From an uncultured Burkholderiales bacterium (lineage in GTDB: Bacteria; Pseudomonadota; Gammaproteobacteria; Burkholderiales; Burkholderiaceae_C), in the NCBI GenBank assembly GCA_903886485.1, contig CAISMH010000008.1, forward strand, positions 9,448 to 73,447: a stretch of DNA of 64,000 bases. The letters are read 5' to 3'. Of the stretch, positions 58,436 through 64,000 are shown one piece after another. Position numbers and translations under genes: made by a program. Under the pieces are notes generated by a model. That model was not told the DNA's origin and searched no databases. It saw nothing but the letters and a program-made list of their open reading frames with translations. Positions within the stretch are counted from its first letter, which is position 1. Each line of letters starts with the position of its first letter.

Positions 58436-59035
58436 ATGCCCAAAACAATTCAGTATTACTTTGCTCCGCAGAGCCCTTGGTCGTATTTAGGACACCAACG
58501 ATTGCTCGACATTGCTCAAACAACAGGGGCTGACGTGCAGGTGATGCCGATAGATTTGGGTCAGGTATTCCCCATCTCTGGGGGTTTGCCACTGGGCAAG
58601 CGTGCGTCACAACGCCAGGCTTATCGCTTGGTGGAGCTGGCACGCTTTAGCAAGGCCTTGAACTTACCCCTGAACCTACACCCCCAGTTTTTTCCTGTCG
58701 CAGGTGACCCCGCTGCGCGGCTCATCATCGCTGTGGATATGCATCACGGCAAGGATGCGGCACTGCGCATGACAGGTGCTGTGCTGTCCGGTGTGTGGCA
58801 CGAAGAACGCGACATTGCAGACGCAAGCACTTTGGCCGCCATGCTCAATGAACTCCAGCTGGATGCAGCTTGTCTGGCCCTCTCCAACACACCTGAGGTG
58901 CAAGCGCGCTACGACCGTTACACGCAAAGTGCGATCGACGCGCAGGTATTTGGTGCACCCAGCTATGTGGTGGATGGCGAGCTGTTCTGGGGCCAAGACC
59001 GTTTGGACTTTGTGGCGCAAAAGCTCAAGGCCTGA
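58436..59035 (+). CDS. 2-hydroxychromene-2-carboxylate isomerase / GST-kappa DsbA-like protein
   Basis: AGGAG RBS; YYFAPQSPWSYLG, VFGAPSYVVDGELFWGQDRL. Confidence 0.9.
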   Translation: MPKTIQYYFAPQSPWSYLGHQRLLDIAQTTGADVQVMPIDLGQVFPISGGLPLGKRASQRQAYRLVELARFSKALNLPLNLHPQFFPVAGDPAARLIIAVDMHHGKDAALRMTGAVLSGVWHEERDIADASTLAAMLNELQLDAACLALSNTPEVQARYDRYTQSAIDAQVFGAPSYVVDGELFWGQDRLDFVAQKLKA

Positions 59036-59051
59036 TCAAGACCCACAAACA

Positions 59052-59097
59052 ATTCAGCCACCGCAACTGCACACAGGGTGCAGCGCGGTGGCTGAAT
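59052..59097 (-). terminator. Long hairpin between convergent genes (terminator for the DEAD-box gene)
   Basis: ATTCAGCCACCGC/GCGGTGGCTGAAT with inner CTGCAC/GTGCAG; U-rich tail on the minus strand. Confidence 0.65.
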
Positions 59098-59117
59098 GTC
59101 GTCTAGCGAGGGGCTAA

Positions 59118-61004
59118 TTAACGGGGGGTGCGTGGCTTGGGCGCACGTTTCTTCGCATCAAAGCCGCCACCAAACGATTTGCCACCAGCCGCTGAACGGG
59201 CAGGCTTGTCAAACGGTGTGCGACCAGCCTCAAACGGGGCACGTGGGCCTCGTGCTGGGGCACGGTCATCAAAGCTGCGTGGTGCACGATCTTCGAAGCT
59301 ACGTGGTGCCCCAAAGTTGCCGCGTGGTGCGCCGTGGCCTTCGCCAAAGTTACCGCGCGGTGCGCCTTGACGTGGCTCGAAGCTGTTGCTACGAGGCGCC
59401 TCAAAACGGTTGTTGTCTGGACGACCTTCAAAACGGCCTTCCGAACGTGGTTCGAAGCGGCCTTGGCCGTTGCCTTCAAAGCGTCCACCGCCGCCGCCAA
59501 ACTTGTTGCCACCGCCGAAGCCGCCACGGCCACCACCGCCACCAAACTTGCCGCCGCCTTTGCGGTCGTAGTCACGGCCGCCACCGCCACGTTGTTCAAG
59601 GCGCTGTGTGGGCTCCATGCCTGGAATCACTTCCGCAGTGAACTGCTGGCGTGTGTAGGCTTCGATGTCGAAAATTTTGCGCTTGTCGCGGAATTCGGCC
59701 AAAGTCACAGCCAAACCATCACGGCCCGCACGACCGGTACGGCCAATGCGGTGGGTGTAGTCCTCAGACTTCATGGGCAAGCCGAAGTTGAACACGTGGG
59801 TGATGGTGGGCACGTCAATGCCGCGCGCGGCGACGTCTGTGGCCACCAAGAACTGCACTTGGCCTTGACGCAAAGCCATCAAGCGGCGGTTGCGCAAACC
59901 TTGGCTCAACGCGCCGTGCAATGCCACGGCAGAGAAGCCTTCTTGTTGCAAGTCATTAGCCAAGCCGTCGCACTCGATTTGGGTGCTGGCGAAGATGATG
60001 GCTTGGTTGATGGTGGTGTCGCGCAAGAGGTGGTCTAACAAACGACGCTTGTGTTGCGCGTTGTCCGCCCAATGCAGCACTTGGCGAATGTTGTTGTGCT
60101 TTTCTTGAGGTGAGTCAATCTGCACGCGTTGGGGTTGACGCATCACGCGTGTGGCCAACTGTTGAATGCGCGGCGCAAACGTGGCGCTGAACATCATGGT
60201 TTGTTTGCGGTCAATGGTGAGTTGGTTAATTTCAGCCAAGTCATCGGCAAAGCCCAAGTCGAGCATACGATCGGCTTCGTCCACCACCAAGAATTGAACC
60301 TTGTCCAACTTGATTTGCATGGAGCGTTGCAAGTCGAGCAAGCGGCCAGGTGTGGCCACCACCAAGTCAGCGTTTTGCAGTTTGGCGATTTGCAACTGGT
60401 AAGGCATGCCGCCCACCACGTTGGCCACGCGCAAACCACGGCAGTGCTTGACCAAGTCGATGGCGTCGTGCGCCACTTGTTGTGCCAATTCGCGGGTTGG
60501 GCACACGATCAAGGCACCAGGGGTTGGGGCTTTGAAGTTGCGTTGGCTGGTGGGGTCTTTGCGCTTGGCGCGCTTGGGTGGCTCTTCGCCATTGGCCGCA
60601 GCGTCAGCCACGAGTTTGTCCCAAGCCGCTTTGTCAGCGGCTTCGGCTTGGGCTTGTTGTTGAATCAAGGTGTGCAACACAGGCAACAAGAAGGCCGCGG
60701 TTTTACCGCTACCCGTTTGGCTCGACACCATCAAGTCGATGAAGCCTGCTTTCGCGTCTGCGTTGGCCGATGGCAAAGCCAAAGGAATAGTTTTGAGCTG
60801 AACTGTGGTGGGTTGTGTGTAGCCAAGGTCGGCCACCGCTTGCACCAGCTCACGGGCCAAGCCCAGTTCGACGAAGCCGTTGGGCACGTCCGCTTGCGCT
60901 ACTTCGGCGGTGTGAGCGCTTTCGGTAGAGACAGCGTCTTGCGCGGCAATAGAAATAGTTTCGGCAGGCGCAAATTCGCCTGTCACATTCAAAGTGTCAG
61001 TCAT
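59118..61004 (-). CDS. DEAD-box RNA helicase with RGG/RFE-rich disordered C-tail
   Basis: Q motif, QTGSGKT, PTRELA, TPGRLLD, DEAD, SAT, ARGID, HRIGRTGR; start moved to MTDTL. Confidence 0.96.
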   Translation of the reverse strand: MTDTLNVTGEFAPAETISIAAQDAVSTESAHTAEVAQADVPNGFVELGLARELVQAVADLGYTQPTTVQLKTIPLALPSANADAKAGFIDLMVSSQTGSGKTAAFLLPVLHTLIQQQAQAEAADKAAWDKLVADAAANGEEPPKRAKRKDPTSQRNFKAPTPGALIVCPTRELAQQVAHDAIDLVKHCRGLRVANVVGGMPYQLQIAKLQNADLVVATPGRLLDLQRSMQIKLDKVQFLVVDEADRMLDLGFADDLAEINQLTIDRKQTMMFSATFAPRIQQLATRVMRQPQRVQIDSPQEKHNNIRQVLHWADNAQHKRRLLDHLLRDTTINQAIIFASTQIECDGLANDLQQEGFSAVALHGALSQGLRNRRLMALRQGQVQFLVATDVAARGIDVPTITHVFNFGLPMKSEDYTHRIGRTGRAGRDGLAVTLAEFRDKRKIFDIEAYTRQQFTAEVIPGMEPTQRLEQRGGGGRDYDRKGGGKFGGGGGRGGFGGGNKFGGGGGRFEGNGQGRFEPRSEGRFEGRPDNNRFEAPRSNSFEPRQGAPRGNFGEGHGAPRGNFGAPRSFEDRAPRSFDDRAPARGPRAPFEAGRTPFDKPARSAAGGKSFGGGFDAKKRAPKPRTPR

Positions 61005-61198
61005 GATTTTTTCTCGCACGTGAGCGCCGCAAGTTGTGCGACTGCTCCGTTCTAGGTTAAAAAACATCAACCATCAAACGGAACCTGCTCTGACCCGCTG
61101 AGGGGTTTATTCAGTGCTTGGGGCTCATTTCGCGAGCCCGGTGAATGAAGGGAGATGTACAAATTCGCTACGGCTTTGTAGCGAAGACCGCAATTATG
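61005..61198 (-). promoter_or_regulatory. Long structured 5' leader of the DEAD-box gene
   Basis: CATAAT -10 (61198 to 61193); hairpins 61164-85, 61109-46 and 61046-82. Confidence 0.55.
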
Positions 61199-61222
61199 GC
61201 ACGGATTCGGGTTTTTACCTAA

Positions 61223-61813
61223 TCACAGTTTCAAAAAGTGTTCGCGGTAGTGAATCATCTCGTCAATGGATTCATGCACATCGGCCAGCGCCGTGTGTTT
61301 CTGGGCTTTTTTGAAGGCATTCAACACCTCGGGCTTCCAGCGGCGCGACAGCTCTTTGAGTGTGCTCACATCCACATTGCGGTAATGGAACCACGCTTCG
61401 AGCTTGGGCATGTACTTGTTCAAGAAGCGACGGTCTTGGCCAATGGTGTTACCACACATGGGCGAGGCACCCTTAGACACGAACTGCTTCATGAAGGCAA
61501 TGAGCTGCTCTTGCGCTTGCTCTTCGGTCACGGTGGAGGCTTTGACTTTGTCAATCAAGCCACTCTTGCCGTGGGTGCCTTTGTTCCAGGCGTCCATCTT
61601 GCTCAGCAATTCGTCGCTTTGGTGGATCACAAACACAGGACCTTCAATGCGCACCGACAAATCGGGGTTGGTGACGATGACTGCTATTTCAAGCAAGCGC
61701 TCGCGCTCAGGGTCAAGGCCCGACATTTCGCAGTCGAGCCACACCAAGTTCAGGTCAGACTTAGCAAGTTTGGGGGCCGCAGAGGGGACAGGTGGAGTAG
61801 CAACTTCAGACAT
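61223..61813 (-). CDS. orn: Oligoribonuclease
   Basis: [52 protein letters not shown]. Confidence 0.97.
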   Translation of the reverse strand: MSEVATPPVPSAAPKLAKSDLNLVWLDCEMSGLDPERERLLEIAVIVTNPDLSVRIEGPVFVIHQSDELLSKMDAWNKGTHGKSGLIDKVKASTVTEEQAQEQLIAFMKQFVSKGASPMCGNTIGQDRRFLNKYMPKLEAWFHYRNVDVSTLKELSRRWKPEVLNAFKKAQKHTALADVHESIDEMIHYREHFLKL

Positions 61814-61866
61814 GGGCCTGATTGTCGCCCATGGCAGATCGGCCGCTTCATCTAAACTCACCCACC

Positions 61867-63126
61867 ATGATGAATCCCTCTCTCGCGATGACGCTGACAC
61901 TGGCTGCCGTATTGGTTGGCAACCTGCTTACCAAACTGTGGCTCAACAGCCGTCAAGTGCGTCATGTGGCAAAGCACCGCGCACAAGTGCCCACCGCCTT
62001 TGCGCACACCATCAGCTTGGAGGCCCATCACAAAGCAGCGGATTACACGCTGGCCAAAGCACGCGTGGGCGTGATGGATTTGGGCTTGGATGCGCTGACC
62101 TTGATAGGCTGGACTCTGCTAGGCGGCTTGGATGCCTTGAATCAAGTGACTTTGGATTGGCTGGGTCACGGCATGACCCAGCAAGTCGCCTTGGTGGTGA
62201 GCTTCACCTTGATCGGGGCGTTGATTGGCCTGCCGCTGTCCCTGTATCAAACCTTTGGGATTGAACAACGTTTTGGCTTCAACCACACCACGCCAAAGCT
62301 CTGGGTGAGCGACATGCTCAAGGGTTTGCTCGTGGGCATGGTGTTGGGTTTGCCAATCTTGTGGTTGGTGCTCTGGTTGATGGCGGCGGGTGGGCCGATG
62401 TGGTGGCTCTACACATGGGCCGCATTGGTGGCATACCAGTTGTTTGTGATGTGGATTGCACCCAACGTCATCATGCCGTTGTTCAACAAATTCACGCCTC
62501 TTGAAGATGCCACGCTCAAAGAGCGGGTGACCGCGCTGATGAAGCGCTCAGGCTTCACGGCGAAAGGTTTTTTCGTGATGGATGGCAGTCGCCGCTCCGC
62601 GCATTCGAACGCATTTTTCACGGGTTTTGGCGCGGCCAAACGGGTGGTCTTTTTTGACACGCTACTCGCCCAACTCAATGGCGATGAAATGGAGGCCGTG
62701 CTAGCGCATGAGCTAGGTCATTTCAAGCATCGCCACATTTTGAAAATGATGCTGACCAGCTTTGCCACCAGTTTGGTTGGACTGGCTTTGCTGGGATGGG
62801 TATCGCAGCAAATTTGGTTTTATACGGGCCTAGGCGTGATGCCTAATTTGGATGGCAACAACAGTGCATTGGCTTTGCTGCTGTTCATGTTGGCGCTGCC
62901 CTTGTTCACGTTCTTTGTGTCACCTTTGTCGGCTCACCGCTCACGTCAATTTGAGTTTGAAGCGGATGCGTATGCGGTGGCGAATAGCGATGGCCAAGCC
63001 CTTGCCAACGCGCTGCTCAAGCTCTACCAAGACAACGCTTCGACGCTCACGCCAGATCCTTGGTATGTGGCGTTTTATTACTCACACCCACCCGCTTCCC
63101 AGCGCTTGGCGCGGATGGCCGCATGA
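61867..63126 (+). CDS. M48 family (Ste24-like) zinc metalloprotease
   Basis: [35 protein letters not shown]. Confidence 0.94.
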   Translation: MMNPSLAMTLTLAAVLVGNLLTKLWLNSRQVRHVAKHRAQVPTAFAHTISLEAHHKAADYTLAKARVGVMDLGLDALTLIGWTLLGGLDALNQVTLDWLGHGMTQQVALVVSFTLIGALIGLPLSLYQTFGIEQRFGFNHTTPKLWVSDMLKGLLVGMVLGLPILWLVLWLMAAGGPMWWLYTWAALVAYQLFVMWIAPNVIMPLFNKFTPLEDATLKERVTALMKRSGFTAKGFFVMDGSRRSAHSNAFFTGFGAAKRVVFFDTLLAQLNGDEMEAVLAHELGHFKHRHILKMMLTSFATSLVGLALLGWVSQQIWFYTGLGVMPNLDGNNSALALLLFMLALPLFTFFVSPLSAHRSRQFEFEADAYAVANSDGQALANALLKLYQDNASTLTPDPWYVAFYYSHPPASQRLARMAA

Positions 63127-64000
63127 AGCAAACCGGCTTGGTGGTGGCCAGCCACGGACGACACTGCGTGGTGGAGACACCCGATGGTGCGCGTCGCATT
63201 TGCCATCCGCGCGGTAAGAAAAGCCAAGTCGTGGTGGGCGACCGTGTGCAATGGCTGGCCAGCACTGATGAAGGCACGATAGAAAAGGTCGAGCCGCGCC
63301 ACAATTTGTTTTACCGGCAGGATGAAATTCGTACCAAGTCATTTGCAGCGAATCTAGACCAAGTGTTGATCTTGCTCGCAGCTGAACCGGAGTTCTCTGA
63401 GATGCAGTTGACGCGTGCTTTGATTGCCGCAGAGGCCGAGCACATCAAACCCATCATTGCGCTGAACAAACGTGATTTGGCCGAGCCATTTGCACGAGCA
63501 CTCGCGCGTCTCGCGCCTTACGTGAAGATGGGCTACACCGTGCTGCAAGGCGCGTTCAAAACTGGTGATTTGGCAGATTTACCAGAACGTTTGAAGCACA
63601 AGACGACCTTGGTCCTTGGTCCATCGGGCACTGGTAAAAGCACACTCATCAATGCGCTGGTGCCCAATGCGAATGTGGCCACGGCTGAGATCTCTCAAGC
63701 CCTGAACTCTGGCAAACACACCACCACTTCGACCACGTGGCACTGGGTGGATGCAGAGCGAAAAACAGGTTTGATCGATTCGCCTGGATTTCAAGAATTC
63801 GGCGTGCATCACATTGATGCCATGCAACTGGCGGCCTACATGCCAGACTTCAAACCACATGTGGTGAACTGCAAGTTCTACAACTGCACGCATTTGCACG
63901 AGCCTTCGTGCGGCGTGCAAGATGCAGTCAGTGCTGGTGAAATCAGCCCCTCTCGGTACAAGTTGTACGGCATGTTGTTTGCCGAGTTGACACAGCCTGT
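63123..64000 (+). CDS. rsgA: Ribosome small subunit-dependent GTPase A, runs off the window
   Basis: VVGDRV, AANLDQ, NKRD, GPSGTGKST, GKHTT, IDSPGF, CKFYNCTHLHEPSC; ATGA overlap with the M48 gene. Confidence 0.95.
   Translation, partial: MKQTGLVVASHGRHCVVETPDGARRICHPRGKKSQVVVGDRVQWLASTDEGTIEKVEPRHNLFYRQDEIRTKSFAANLDQVLILLAAEPEFSEMQLTRALIAAEAEHIKPIIALNKRDLAEPFARALARLAPYVKMGYTVLQGAFKTGDLADLPERLKHKTTLVLGPSGTGKSTLINALVPNANVATAEISQALNSGKHTTTSTTWHWVDAERKTGLIDSPGFQEFGVHHIDAMQLAAYMPDFKPHVVNCKFYNCTHLHEPSCGVQDAVSAGEISPSRYKLYGMLFAELTQP

Noticed and set aside
59118-59560. Low-complexity GGC/TTC repeats
   Set aside because: They encode the normal RGG-rich disordered helicase tail; not a CRISPR array or mobile repeat
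59334-61055. Long plus-strand ORFs opposite the DEAD helicase (and similar ones opposite polA, uvrD and guaC)
   Set aside because: Antisense shadows of strongly conserved genes
1-64000. CRISPR, toxin-antitoxin, defence, prophage, IS, tRNA or rRNA signatures
   Set aside because: None seen by eye; almost all sequence is explained by metabolic and housekeeping CDSs, but tRNAscan and cmscan were not run

Overview
A 64 kb GC-rich bacterial chromosome segment. Gene content and order indicate a Comamonadaceae betaproteobacterium; a Limnohabitans-like freshwater lineage is inferred, not proven. I saw no rRNA, tRNA, CRISPR array, IS element or phage gene. The left flank carries a TRAP transporter, dxs-ispA-xseB, a Rieske oxygenase (probable putrescine 2-hydroxylase), an EamA transporter, a sulfurtransferase and a ZIP transporter. 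The right flank carries lysE, polA, thrB, uvrD, guaC, a TonB receptor, minCDE, slyX, a DEAD-box helicase, orn, an M48 peptidase and rsgA. Between them lies a ~32.5 kb aromatic-acid catabolic island (10549-43081) with three modules: (i) an aerobic benzoyl-CoA epoxidase (box) pathway with BoxR, benzoate-CoA ligase and an ABC importer; (ii) a CouAB/CouP/CouR-like phenylpropanoid operon that also carries thiolase, SDR and acyl-CoA dehydrogenase genes; (iii) a MobA/MobR-like hydroxybenzoate hydroxylase pair. The most notable non-coding signals are a strand-asymmetric, highly paired ~160 nt element between polA and thrB, terminator-containing leaders upstream of guaC and the Rieske gene, BoxR- and CouR-type operators, a 16-bp palindrome shared by two catabolic promoters, and several apparently leaderless genes. 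Many start codons were moved downstream of the ORF-track starts using RBS, overlap and family N-terminus evidence. Family assignments come from motif recognition and recall, without database searches.
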